Positions 44,349-58,819 of a stretch of DNA of 64,000 nt are shown here, one piece after another. The notes below the pieces were generated by a model. That model searched no databases, was not told the origin of the DNA, and worked only from the letters and a program-made list of their open reading frames with translations. Every line of letters begins with the position of its first letter. Within the stretch, counting starts at the first letter, position 1. A program made the translations under genes and the position numbers. The stretch is from NCBI GenBank assembly GCA_964016885.1, contig OZ024743.1, forward strand, positions 304,544,001 to 304,608,000, in the 5' to 3' direction. Source of the stretch: Eledone cirrhosa. Taxonomy: Eukaryota.

Positions 44349-44750
44349 CATATATATATATAGGCATATGGTGCAGGTTAAAAGCGAACATTTTTTACCA
44401 ATGGAAAACTAATGCAAAGCGAATTAAGTTGCTTGACCTTTCGTGATAGAGGGCTTTCAATCAACAAGTGATCAAGTGTATTGAATTTAAGTGATAATAG
44501 AATACATGTTGCGAATACTATGCATTCTTTTGGATTGTGACTGTATCTAGAACTGATATGTCAAGTGCTTTTCATACGTTATACATCGTTTGAGCCATAT
44601 ACACAAGCATATTTAGCTGTATGCAAGCATTATATATTTGAGTAGATACACAAATACATATAGAAAGGTCCGCGCATACACACACACTCACACACCCTCG
44701 CACACAAACATACACACACATATGCATTTCTATGTGAGTATATGTGTGAT

Positions 44751-44841
<91 letters not shown>

Positions 44842-45623
44842 AAGTGTGTATGTGTGTGCGTGTGTATGTGTGTGCTTGTGTGTATGTGTTTGTGTGTGTC
44901 GTTATAATTTGTGAAGGTCAAATCTCTTTAACACATTCTATGAACTTCTCAAAGATTATTTTTTCTTCTGTATCTCGTTTTTGTTATGATCTTGTTCTAT
45001 TCCCACCATGCTGTTGCTTTGTGGTGTGAACACACCACAAAAAGACAAGATATATACGTATATCGGTGCAAATATATATAAATTATTCATTTATGTGTAA
45101 GTCCATCCTATAAAGTGGTAGGCCTGTGCCACGACAAAAATCGCCCAGTTCACCCTGTAATAGCATAGTGCCACGAAAATAATTCATAGTACACAATGTA
45201 AGTTGATTCTCGTAGATAAAATGGGACAAAACCGATGCGCATGAAAAGAAGGTTTTCATAACATGACTGTCCATTTAACCTCTGCTTTCATAGAAAATTT
45301 ACGTTAAACGGAGATGATGTTAATGAACACACACACATATACGCATATATATAAAGTATACACACACACACATACATCTATGTGTGTATGTGTGATTGTA
45401 TGTGTGCATGTGTGTGCTTGTCTGTGTATAAATCTTTCAATCTCTTCGTTATCTAATAACAATTTTAACCAAATTTGTTTATGTGAATAGCCAGTAACTA
45501 CTTGCAACCTGTTGTATGTTTTTTTTACTTATACTAGTAAGCATTAATCTCTAATATTCTCACTTTCTTCCTTCTTCCTCTCTCTCTCTATTTCTCTTCC
45601 TGCATATATATATATATATATAT

Positions 45624-45961
45624 ATAATATAAGATCAAAAGATGGTTAAAGGAGTTCAATATATTTTATTATGCGCATTTCAAAAACAAACATCATCAAA
45701 CAATAATATTTGTGTTTTCATCAGATAAAACAGGAGAACATGATATGAAGGCTAAAAAAACACTTGTTGATAGTGCAGTTTTAAATCAACATATGTTGAT
45801 TTAAAACTGCACTATCAACAAGTGTTTTTTTAGCCTTCATATCATGTTCTCCTGTTTTATCTGATGAAAACACAAATATTATTGTTTGATGATGTTTGTT
45901 TTTGAAATGCGCATAATAAAATATATTGAACTCCTTTAACCATCTTTTGATCTTATATTAT
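45624..45961. repeat. Perfect spacer-less 338-bp palindrome
   Basis: Centre aatcaacat|atgttgatt at 45792/45793; arms appear to be exact reverse complements. Confidence 0.95.
45855..45921 (+). ncRNA. Minimal hammerhead ribozyme (mirror copy at 45664-45730, -)
   Basis: ttttat-CTGATGA-aaacacaaatattat..atgatgtttgttttt-GAAA-tgcgca-TA-ataaaa. Confidence 0.75.
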
Positions 45962-46044
45962 GCATACTCCAGTCCCACAAACTGTAGAGTGCTTCTTATC
46001 CGATATCTGCATTGCTTTATTGTACTACAATAAAACTCACCTCC

Positions 46045-46103
<59 letters not shown>

Positions 46104-47681
46104 CGCCTAATTGATGTTCTCTTCTATCACAACTCCATTCCTTATCTATCAAACCTATTTTTTCGTTTCTCTATCTCCAAGTACTCTTTTCATGTACAGC
46201 TCTTTCATTCAATAAGTTTCAAATAAATCTATTAGTTATTCTCACTGCAAAAGAGGCCTCAAGAATATCGCCTAATTTCTGTGTGAAATGGGAAAAATCG
46301 ACAGATGTAAGGCGTTTCTTTAGTTGTTACTATGGAAAAAATACATTTCTCTTTCGGCTGAGTTAAACTTATTGTATTACACACAACCTCGTAATTTACT
46401 TTTCCATTTCATTTTTTATCCGCCACTGGATAATGTATTTTTTTCTCTATTTTGTTTATATATATAATCACCAGTTGTTGTGAGAACATCCTTATATCTA
46501 TCTGTGCTCCTTGTTGATATAGTTTCTAATTTATGTATATACCTACATAGTTTTCCACGTTCGCATAAACATACACCAACCCACATGAACACATGCTCAC
46601 GCATACAGGCACATACATATATGTATGTATGTATATACAGTATATATGTGTGCTTGTGTGTGTGTCGATGTATATACATATACTGTATATACTACCATAC
46701 TACCCGTTACAAATGACGAGCTTTATACCATAAGGTTGATTTCATAATTTTACATTCTTTGGGAAGGTTGGTGTATCTGCGAATAATCGTGTATATTCAT
46801 AATCTTTAATCTTCAGTAAATAAAATTGAGATAGCTGGGGTAGTCCAAACCATACATCTATGGAATAAAGAGATATCCCCTCTGCACCAGTGAAACGTTT
46901 AGGATTCTACTGTGTAGAACTCATCGGAAAACATATCTGAACACAAAGAACGACTTCTTTAAGGAATATTGACACCTTAAGAGGCGCCAACTTTCATCGT
47001 GGAAGACCTACGACTTGTACTTTCAGTCATCACAAACTAAAACACTACATCCAGCAAACTCCCAACAGATTAACACTGTACTGTGCGTGGCACTGTTTTC
47101 CATAATCTACAACACCAATAACCAGAAAACATAGCGACAGAATCAAAAACATCACAGCATTATTGACAGTTGCAGTGACATTATAGGGGTGTATATGAAA
47201 GGATATACTATATATAATAAACAGCCTCATTATAAAAAAAAAACGTTTTCGCTATAAAAAAAAAACACTTTTCAATATTTTTCTTAGTGAATTTTTCACA
47301 CATAACTATCTATCTATCTATTTAAACTCACAGCAATAATGCTCTCCTTAGGGAATTCTGCTGCAAAGTGATTCGGCGAAATTGCAGTCGGGACGTTGAT
47401 GAAAAAATGGATATATTTTTGTCCATTATTTCCTCGCATTTTTAATTTAATAAGTAGCCCTGATCAAATAATTATTTTAATTCTTTTGAATTTTTTTAAC
47501 TCTTTCGGTGTTCGAGCAAAACTGATCTAGTGGACATGGTACACGCACATACCTATATGCAAACACACACACATATATATATGTGTATCGTTACTATATA
47601 TACATATATATCTGTGTGTGTGTGTGTATAGTTAATATATATATATATATATTGTGTGTATAAATATATATATGTATATAT

Positions 47682-48156
47682 ATATACGATATTAATAAAT
47701 GGAAACTATATTTATAAAACCATATTTATTTCATTATACATATTTCAGGGATACCAAATTAAAATATGGTATGCCTTCATCAGACAAAATACAATATATA
47801 AACAGTTTTATAAATAATTTTGACGAACCCTATTAAATGCAACCATTATTTTTGGAAGCTGTCTGGATAGTGAAATGTTTATATTATTTTATTAGTTATA
47901 GTGTTAAGCACAATTAGAAAAAGATTGTGCTTAACACTATAACTAATAAAATAATATAAACATTTCACTATCCAGACAGCTTCCAAAAATAATGGTTGCA
48001 TTTAATATGGTACGTCAAAATTATTTATAAAACTGTTTATATATTGTATTTTGTCTGATGAAGGCATACCATATTTTAATTTGGTATCCCTGAAATATGT
48101 ATAATGAAATAAATATGGTTTTATAAATATAGTTTCCATTTATTAATATCGTATAT
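47682..48156. repeat. 475-bp palindrome (233-bp arms, 9-bp loop)
   Basis: Loop tagaaaaag at 47915-47923; about two mismatches between the arms. Confidence 0.95.
48047..48111 (+). ncRNA. Minimal hammerhead ribozyme (mirror copy at 47727-47791, -)
   Basis: tattttgt-CTGATGA-aggcatacc...ggtatccct-GAAA-tatgta-TA-atgaaata. Confidence 0.75.
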
Positions 48157-48241
48157 CTACTCCAAAAATTTGTCGAGTGCTCTATATCAGTTATAAAATA
48201 TTTACTTGTTGTATTCCAACAATTTTAAATAGAACTTTTGC

Positions 48242-48289
<48 letters not shown>

Positions 48290-48309
48290 CTGTGTGTGTG
48301 TGTGTGTGT

Positions 48310-48398
<89 letters not shown>

Positions 48399-48404
48399 TG
48401 TGTA

Positions 48405-49280
48405 TAAATATAAGTATGTATACATACATATATGTGTAAAGACGCACAGTAGTATGTATATATATACATACATGCACACACATATATATATATGTACGAA
48501 TAGGTTTACCAAACATTTATTATAATGTTGGGATTGTTTGTAGACAAACAACCCGAATTACGCCGTATAGTGCTCGGCAACCATCGTCGCCCTTTTGTTC
48601 AACACTGACACAGGAACGGTGTACTAGTTTCAAGCTTATTAGCTATCGTCAGCATCGTATACCTTTCTGTCAGATGATTAAACATTTGAAAGTTCCTGTG
48701 TCAGTGTTGAACAAAAGGGCGACGATGGTTTCCGAGCACTGTACGGCGTAATTCGGGCTGTTTGTTTACAAAAAAAACGAACTTTATAATAAATGATCGG
48801 TAAACCCATACGTACATATATATATGTGTGCATGTATGTATATATATACATAATACTGTGCGTCTTTACACATATATATATGTACTTATACATACTTATA
48901 TTTAGGTATCAGCCGTACTAAGAGTGAGAAATGAAATATCGTTTCATTCCTTTCCATTTATAGTTTTCGGCATGCTCGGCCGACTAACTCACTCGATATG
49001 CAAATTAGGCTGTTCAGCCGTTAATATGCATATAGAAAGTATATACTTTCAGACGTTCAATCATCTGACAGGAAGCTATACGATGCTGACGATAGATAAT
49101 AAGCTTGAAACTAGTATATCGTTCCTGTGTCAGTGTTGAACAAAAGGGCGACGAAGGTTGCCGTGCACTGTACGGCGTAATTTGGGCTGTTTGTTTACAA
49201 ACAAACCGAACATTATAATAAATATTCTTTAAACCCATACGTACATATATATATATATGTGCATGTATGTATATATATAC
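48405..49280. mobile_element. Family R copies in inverted + tandem arrangement
   Basis: 48405-48690 in one orientation (HHR 48616-48658, -), then 48692-49280 in the opposite orientation (HHR 49080-49122, +). Confidence 0.78.
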
Positions 49281-50071
49281 AAAATTTTTTCTACATTTGG
49301 CACAACGCCAGCAAATACCCAGTACATTACTGGTACTTTATTTTATCGACCCCGTAAGGATGAAAGACAAAGTTAACCTCGGCGGGATTTGAACTCAGAC
49401 CATAAATATATAAAAATATATCAAGAAATATAGTTAGGTGTGTGTATATGTATGTATATACGCTCACAGATGTGCATATATGTATATGCACATATGTATA
49501 CGTATAGTGAAAAAGTGTGCGTAAATCTAAAATTTGGGGCAAATGTATCTGTATGTACATCATAAGTATATGAATATGAGGGCGCGCGCATAAAACGCCT
49601 ACACACTCGTACACTTAGATGCGGAAGTAAAAGAGGTAAGGGAGTGTAATTATTAAAGGAAAGTATCAATCTCGATATATTTATAAAAATGTAACAATAA
49701 ATTAGAAAGAAAAAATTTAGAAAGAAAAAATTAAAGAAAAGAAGACAAAAAAAAAAAGACAAAAAAAGGGTACATACATACACAGACACGCATGTCTCAC
49801 AAAAGAAACGCAAAAATATATATGCTTATATACACACGCGCACTTACACGTCCATACGTTCGATACGTACATACACACACACACACACACAACATACTTA
49901 CACTCACGCATATAGACCTGTATGTATGCACACGCATAAAAATGAGTAAGTAAAAAAAAGGGGGGGTAGAAGAAAAAAGGAACAAAACATAAAACCGAGA
50001 TGTCAAAAACACGGATATAAAGACACATACACATACGCATAATATATACATACACACACACACACATATAT

Positions 50072-50144
<73 letters not shown>

Positions 50145-50546
50145 CACGCACGCGCGCGCACATACGTAGTCACTCATGTACATATATAAAAGTATACACA
50201 CATTAAGGCGTTCAGCCATATTGATACAGGGTGTAAAAAACTTGTGGATAAGTAACTACAAATATAAAATTATAAAATTGTAAGATTGGCTGCGCAAAGA
50301 TAAAAAAATAAAAATAAAAATGAAAAATATATATATGTTAGTGGAGGGAAAAGGGAAGTAAAAAAAAAAAAAAAAAAAAAAAGGGGGAAGTAAAGAATGG
50401 AAAGTGAATCGGAGAATAAAGGATGTGAAGTAAAAATGGATGTGAAGTAAAAATAAAAAAATAAGAATAAAAATAAATGAAATTATTGACAAGGATAAAA
50501 ATGAAAGTAAGTCAGAAAGGGTAATTAAAAGGAGAATAATAAGAGT

Positions 50547-51975
50547 TTATGGAGGATAAGTATCTGAAAGTGTGTTAAGTTTATATGAGCTGGAAAGCAG
50601 GTGTGATTTCATGTGTGGGCAACTGGTGAAAATTTCCGTATTTGTGTTCAGGCAGGTCTTTGGTGATTTTAGATTATGCAATATCCAATATTTTTCATTT
50701 ATGCAGAGCGTGCATTTTCTTGTTCCTCTAGCATATTCTTTAGATTGGTTCAAAATTGACCAATCTAATTTATATTGGATGCCTTGGTCTTTCAAATCCC
50801 AAATTCTGCTAGCCAGAGCTGTTGTAAATCTTTTTTCTGGATGTCGAAAGGATGCGACATGTGAGTAATAACGCGTTTTGAATTTGTCTTGCGTCATACC
50901 CACATATCGTTCACTGGTGGCTGGATGGTTGTTGCTGATGGTTGTCACTTTAGCCGCATATACAATGGCTTTGGTGTTGCATTTACCTTGTAATGGGCAT
51001 TCACTTTTGATTCTACAGGAGCAAGTTTGATTATCTCTAGGTGATATTTTGTTGAGGATATAGGACTTAATAGGGGTACCGCAGGAATAGCTAATTTTAA
51101 CACAGTTTCTGTTAAAGATCTTATAGTATCTATGTGTTCTAGGGAAATGTTTATCTAGGAGCTCAAGGAATTTTTTGCCTACATTAGTTTTAACTGCTAG
51201 AGAGTAGGGGGGTGTGAACCAGATTATTTTTCTTTTCCTATTTTTATGTTTAATAGAGTTAGTATAGTTAGGTATGTATTTAATCGGTTCGCTAAAACCG
51301 CTATTTTGGAGGGCTTTATTATAGTAGGGGGATGCCTTATTAAAAATAGCTTCTGAGGAAGAGAGGGTGGAGATCCTACGGCTAATATTAGGGATAAGGT
51401 TTTTAAAAACTATAGGTGGATGGCAAGATCCTTTATTTATATATTTTAAGTTTTCATTAGGTTTATGGTATGGTTTATAAGAAGCAGTAGGCAAATCTAG
51501 GTTTATATCTAGGAAATCTACGTTGGAAAGGTTAGTGTCAATAGTAATTTTAAGATTAAAACTAGCGAAGGTTTTTATTAAGTCTTTCCTTAATCTATCT
51601 AAGTTATGGCCTATGGTGGTATGGGAAAGTATTAGACCATCGTCGCGATAAAGCCCAAAAATATGGTTAGGAAATTTTTCTTTAAGTATATGTAAGAGGA
51701 ATAGGCCGACCAGATCACAAACATCGGCACTGTCGTAAGAGCGCATTGAGACATCGAATGGGTTCTCTGGGTTAGATATTTTTACCCAAGTGTCATTATC
51801 ATTAAAAAGTAGAGTGTTCCTAGCATGCAAGATGACATTCTCTTCAATATCGGAGATATTAGTGAACTCTCTAGCGAAATTTAAAGCTTTCACTAAAAGT
51901 GTCTGAGTAATAGATGGGTAGAAATCTACAATGTCAAATTGGGTGAATCTAGAACTGATTTTGTTTTTAATATTA
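50547..51975 (-). mobile_element. Penelope-like element, 5'-truncated, open RT-to-GIY-YIG frame
   Basis: QFDIVDFYPSI, GLYRDDGL, FLDINLDL, YKPYHKPN..SCHP, CSCRIKSECPLQGKC, AIVYAAKV..ERYVGMT, CTLCINEK. Confidence 0.9.
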
Positions 51976-51979
51976 TATA

Positions 51980-53079
51980 TATTTCGTTTCTGAATTTGTT
52001 TAGCAAGATTCTTTATCTGAAATCGTGTGTTGAAAGCGATATTGTTATACTTTGGGAGGGTCATGTTGCCAATAAGAAACACACGCACCAATTGCTTTCA
52101 CTTCAATTTATTATATATTTATAAATTTATAAATTTACAAATCTACAAACTTATAAATTTCTGGTTGGTTGGTTGGTTCCACAACCAGATAGTTGTTTAT
52201 ATATAGTCATAGTCCTTTCGTCACACACTCTGTGACCTCTTCAGTGACTGGGGATTCCTCTCTTTGTTTCTGTGCCTTTCCTTTCTTCTGTCCTAAGCCA
52301 ATTTGTTTCTGTGTGTGTGCGTTGTGTGCTCAGTTTGCGCATGCGCCACATCCGGGTGTCTGTGTGTGTTTGTGTTCATTTATCTATTTGTTTATTTATT
52401 TATTTATTTATTGTTGGTTGGTGGTTTGTTCTATGTGTGTGTGTGTTTTCATTTTGTCCTTAATTGTAAGTTGTGATGTTGCTGTTCCACTCATATTTTC
52501 TATTTAATTTTGGTTGTAATTCTTTTATGCTTACCGCCTCTGTAATTTGCCTAAACATTGCATCTTTTCTGTGTGTGGATTCTATTTTTATTTCTATGTT
52601 CTCTAATTTATCCCTGTGTTCTATCTTAACATGTTGGTAGAGCACAGATGATTCTTTATTATCTTGAAGGTCTCGCCAGAGTTCATTTATTCGTTCCCCT
52701 ATACTACGATAAATAAATAAATAAATAAACAAATAGATAAATGAACACAAACACACACAGACACCCGGATGTGGCGCATGCGCAAACTGAGCACACAACA
52801 CACACGCAGAAACAAAATGGCGTAGGACAGAAGAAAGGAAAGGCACAGAAACAAAGAAAGGAATCCCCAGTCACTGAAGAGGTCACAGAGTGTGTGACGA
52901 AAGGACTATGACTATATATAAACAACTATCTGGTTGTGGAACCAACCAACCAACCAGAAATTTATAAGTTTGTAGATTTGTAAATTTATAAATTTAAAAA
53001 TATATAATAAATTGAAGTGAAAGCAACTGGTGCGCGTGTTTCTTATTGGCAACATGACCCTCCCAATGTATAACAATAT
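51980..53079 (-). mobile_element. Short PLE insertion (family B): GIY-YIG tail + 3' UTR with an inverted UTR copy at the 5' end
   Basis: Arms 52039-52412 and 52707-53079 are inverted. The spacer encodes IGERINE..LYQHVKIEH..RQITEAVSIKELQPKLNRK. HHRs at 52205-52249 (-) and 52869-52913 (+). Confidence 0.85.
52869..52913 (+). ncRNA. Minimal hammerhead ribozyme (family B)
   Basis: agtca-CTGAAGA-ggtcacagagtgtgtgac-GAAA-ggac-TA-tgact. Confidence 0.75.
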
Positions 53080-53099
53080 ATATATATATATAAGTACAC

Positions 53100-53800
53100 C
53101 AATACTATATAGGTAGCACAATCCGGCCGTTGCACATCCGGATCAAGGAGCACACTAAAACCAGGGCTTCGTCTTTCCGGAAACACATAGCCAAATGCGG
53201 AAACAAAGACGGAAGGCCCATTGTCACAATTCTAGCGACAGAAAGAAACGTCGGCACGTTACATATCAAGCAAGCAATTTGGATCAAACGCCTAGGGCCA
53301 CGATTAAAAAACCGATCCGAGAGAAGCGAAATGAGGTGGTTGGTTTAAGTTAACAAACGATGCAACAACACACGCACACACACACACAAGCGAGGCAGCA
53401 ACACACGCACACACACACACACACACAGTAGCATTCCACCATACGAACATACTACACTGCCAATACAGAGGAACAAGGCAACAACACACGCACACACACA
53501 CAGTAACATTCACCAAACAGGCAGAGAATGGACTGACAGCTAGCGCCACCCCACTCCCACAATTGAAAAACTACTTCGGCCGCTGACCTCTGCCTGACCG
53601 GCACCATTTCACGCGCACGCGCGCTCTACTGAATACCTCAGATATCCAAAACAACGAACAGCGGAGGACGCGTTTCGCGCCTTTCCGACACACAACCTCT
53701 CCCCCCCCCCCCCCCCCCCGGAAAAACACCCAGTTGATGGATGTGAATCCGAAATATATAGGGACAATTAAATCTCTCCCAAGGTAACTCTTTCACGTGT
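53100..53800 (+). mobile_element. PLE fragment (GIY-YIG C-terminus + 3' UTR with degenerate HHR at ~53728-53763)
   Basis: YYIGSTIRPLHIRIKEH..FRKHIAKC..AIWIKRLGPRLKNRSE; ccCAGTTGAtggatgtgaatccGAAAtataTAggg. Confidence 0.7.
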
Positions 53801-53947
53801 TGTTATTTTTATTTTATCTTTACGCTCTTTGCTTCATTCCTCTACACGTTACAGTCTTATACACACCACGCATCTCAACGTACACCCACTTATATCTCTC
53901 TCACCATCACCGGATCTTGTTACCCGGAGATTTACCCATCTGCATTG

Positions 53948-54941
<994 letters not shown>

Positions 54942-54950
<9 letters not shown>

Positions 54951-55080
54951 TGTCTATTATTTCCTCGCATTTTTAATTTAATAAGTAGCTGTGATCAAAT
55001 ACTTTTTTTAATTCTTTTGAATTTTATAACTCTTTCGGTCATCGAGCAAAACTGATCTAGTGGGCATCCTACACACACAG

Positions 55081-55131
<51 letters not shown>

Positions 55132-55281
55132 TGTGTGTGTGTCTGTGTGTGTACGATGCCCACTAGATCAGTTTTGCTCGTTGACCGAAAGAGTTATAAA
55201 ATTCAAAAGAATTCAAAAAAGTATTTGATCAGAGCTACTTATTAAATTAAAAATGCGAGGAAATAATAGACAAAAATATAT
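54942..55281. repeat. Inverted repeat (~130-bp arms) around a (CA)n(TA)n(TG)n centre
   Basis: Arms are reverse complements; the right arm extends to ~55370 and is homologous to 47322-47545. Confidence 0.85.
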
Positions 55282-55626
55282 CCATTTTTAATCAACGTCT
55301 CGACTGCAATTTCGCCGAATCACTTTGCATCAAGATGCACTAAGGAGAGCATTATTGCTGTGAGTTTAATAAAACTTATCAAGAGACCGCTCAGTTAGTG
55401 TACTGTTTCTAGACCCGAAGTAAGTAGTGATAAATTCTCAAGAGGCAGAGGGAGAAATTAACACGTGAGACAGCGGTCTGAGAAGCAGGTAAAATGGACA
55501 TTAAGTGAGTACAGTATTTGCTAGAAAATCCAGTAAGCACACGACTGGTTAACTCCCTTCTGAGACCGCTGTAAGTCTTATTAATTTCACCAATTCTAGA
55601 ACAAGTATTTCCCCTTATTCGGATAG

Positions 55627-55669
55627 ACCGAGCTGAGGATCCGAATAAGGTGAAACATTTGTACTCGGT
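55627..55669 (+). ncRNA. Minimal hammerhead ribozyme preceded by a short inverted partial copy
   Basis: accgag-CTGAGGA-tccgaataaggt-GAAA-catttg-TA-ctcggt; 55600-55624 is a partial reverse complement of it. Confidence 0.7.
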
Positions 55670-55723
55670 ATGGTGAACTAACTGTTGAGGAACTACTTAT
55701 ATATATATATATAATTTTATTAA

Positions 55724-55820
<97 letters not shown>

Positions 55821-55873
55821 TTAGCCTGATAGTGGGGTTAAGAACCCTCGGAGATATGGAAAAAGATGAGTAT

Positions 55874-55945
55874 TGACGTACATAGGAGTCGAACCCACAA
55901 CTTTGGTTATCCGGACCACAGTGCTACCATTTACACCAACACATC
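55874..55945 (-). pseudogene. tRNA-derived sequence (SINE head or tRNA pseudogene) inside an inverted repeat (55819-56010)
   Basis: 72 nt gatgtgt-tggtgtaaatggtagcac-tgtggtccggataaccaaagtt-gtgggttcgactcctat-gtacgtca: A box, B box, cloverleaf with many G-U pairs; T-run downstream. Confidence 0.7.
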
Positions 55946-56077
55946 ATGTACGTCAATACTCATCTTTTTCCATTTCTCCGAGGGTTCTTAACCCCACTAT
56001 CAGTCTAAATAATTTCTTTAATTTATTTAGTCAAAATACGGCGAAAGCTTACATTTCTAATAATTTATATATATATA

Positions 56078-56519
56078 TATCATACCTAAACTGTTCCTAA
56101 ATTCCTCGACTACGTAGTTTCGTGGCATAAACAAAAACAATATATCAAAGATATAGAGTCCCTGCGAGGTCTGCCGACTTATCAAGAGGATACCTCATTT
56201 TACTAGTCTCAAGAACGTGTCTACACGACGTGAGAAAGGCGGAGGGGGAGACAGTCACGCGATATAACGGTCGAGAAACAGAGCTAAGCCTCTTATAACC
56301 ACGAAGAAAATACCACCGTTATATCGCGTGACTGTCTCCCCCTCCGCCTTTTGGGATTCTTTCTCACGTCGTGTAGACACGTTCTTGAGACTAGTAAAAT
56401 GAGGTATCCTCTTGATAAGTCGGCAGACCTCGCAGGGACTCTATATCTTTGATATATTGTTTTTGTTTATGCCACGAAACTACGTAGTCGAGGAATTTAG
56501 GAACAGTTTAGGTATGATA
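56078..56519. repeat. ~440-bp palindrome (~190-bp arms, ~45-bp spacer) with an HHR in each arm
   Basis: Arms are reverse complements apart from a short insertion in the right arm. Confidence 0.92.
56407..56494 (+). ncRNA. Hammerhead ribozyme, U3-A8 variant (mirror at 56103-56190, -)
   Basis: tcctc-TTGATAA-gtcggca...tgccac-GAAA-ctacgtag-TC-gagga. Confidence 0.72.
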
Positions 56520-56725
56520 CATTTTATTACTAATTATATCTAAATGTTTCTTCTCTCTTCATAATGTATTTTTAACTCTGATACTGGTTCAGTCTGGTTC
56601 AAACTGAATTGGTCTGTCCCAGTCATTCATTGAGCAACATCGGTGAAGTTGGCACCCTTAACTCACAGTTGGGTGCGGATGCATTCATGTATATATGTGT
56701 GTGTCCGCATGTATCTGTGTGTTTC

Positions 56726-56998
<273 letters not shown>

Positions 56999-58819
56999 CA
57001 CCTATAGGTGATCAAATCACCTTATCTTATATATGTGTGTGTGTGTTCATTCAATTATAGCCATAAACATATATTGGTACATAAACCCTTAGTTCATCAT
57101 GAAGTTATTTCTTAGTTGCACTATTGCTTGCGCACATACACATATACACTCACCCAATCTTAAGTACACACACGCATTCTACGAATATAACTGTGCATCT
57201 ATGGGAAGAGATTATTATATGATGAAAGCGATGGGACTGAAATGCAAATACATATTTATGGTTAGCAAACGCAGATATCATGTGAACTATATAATTTTTT
57301 GTACGTAATGCTTTACTTATAAATTACATAGAGAACAAATGCGTACTGTCTAAACCTATAAATCTGACGTTGTGTGTTTGTGTAAAACAATTGATAATAG
57401 TTAAATTAGTGCTTGTATATTAATGTAGTGAATATGAAAAGGTTTACTGGAAAAAATTAAGTGATAGAAAAAATTAATAGTGTTGCACTTTAATCACAAA
57501 GTAACTTTACAAGAATATACATTTAAGGTGAATTACTCTAGAGATTTTTTACTCGGAGTAAATTCTCTTATAGACCATCAAGTAAAAACAAAAATCATAA
57601 AAAATGAAGTGAAAATCCAAACACTAAATAGAATATATGAAGTTGTGAATAAAAATCAATATTAGCAATTAACTAATACTATTTTGTTTCTTTTGGCATG
57701 AAAGGTAGAGAAGTCCAGGCTTGGTTTGTTACATCTCACCGCCGAATGGTAGACATCATCGTACTTTACCAAGGTTTTATGTTAAAATCATTAAGAAAAT
57801 ATGCACATTGTTAGCCTGGTAAACTTGAAATATTCAGAGAATACATTATTAGTAGACAATAAATAAACATTCATACTTTATTATTCAGGTTAGGCGCCAT
57901 AGAATAAAAAGATCTCTTTAAAATTCGAATCAGCAAATCACTTTAAAATTTTCACTAAGAATGTTCACTTGTCCATTAATACCTTTGAGAAATGTTTGGA
58001 CATAATGTAATATAATTTTCTTTCTGCAAATCTGCAGATTCATGAACATGATTAGAATATCGTTATTTTGGGGAAGTCTGCCACAGATGAGCACTGTCTC
58101 TGATATTGACTGTCATTTACCAGCCCGTACGTGAATATCTGCGACACAATGTCGGCTTTAAAGATATGCGCAGGGAAAAAAACTGGTCCTAAGTTTCCTA
58201 ACAGAGTAATCTCTGCTAATCTTATTCATTGACTAGGTATTGGGGCTAATCAGGTCGGTGTATTCCGCTTACATTGTTTACTCTAGCTAATAAGCCGGTT
58301 TCAGATACGAATTAGAATTTTATTTCTTAACTCATTAATAAGCATTGGCATGAACATTCGCAATGGTATTTAAACACATTTCTGATAGTTTGCATTGGCT
58401 TAATGTTATTATATTTGCTTGAGAAATAACGCGTCAGTGTCATTCTTTACATGAAGGTTACCTAATATGACTTTGTGTTGGTATCTCAACTGTTTATATT
58501 AGTACTGTCTTTGCAAATACGTGTGCAATATTGATTGTGGGCGGGAGACAGCTCTGACTACCAAATTTAGTAAAACTTACTGAAAGACATTCTTATACAC
58601 TAGTCTCTTATCATGTACCTTCACCAATTGTGAAATGTTATTGTAGCATTTTTCATTGGAAAAAATGAGAATAATAAACTATTATTATAGATGTGTTTCG
58701 TCTAGTAAACAATTTATCAAATGAGAACAATTATCCTGGTGAAACATCACATGTATCTGTTGTACATTTGACATAGATATCACTAGAATTCGCACAAGAC
58801 AACTGAGTTTTTTTTTAGA

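Noticed and set aside
50547-52091. 514-aa ORF as an intact gene
   Set aside because: The first ~38 codons come from the adjacent family B UTR read in frame by chance; the PLE RT lacks its N-terminus.
53660-53692. GAAAcgcgTC hammerhead 3' half on the minus strand
   Set aside because: No CUGANGA or stem I partner nearby.
57700-58500. Non-repetitive-looking stretch that might be coding
   Set aside because: No sustained ORF or recognisable motif.
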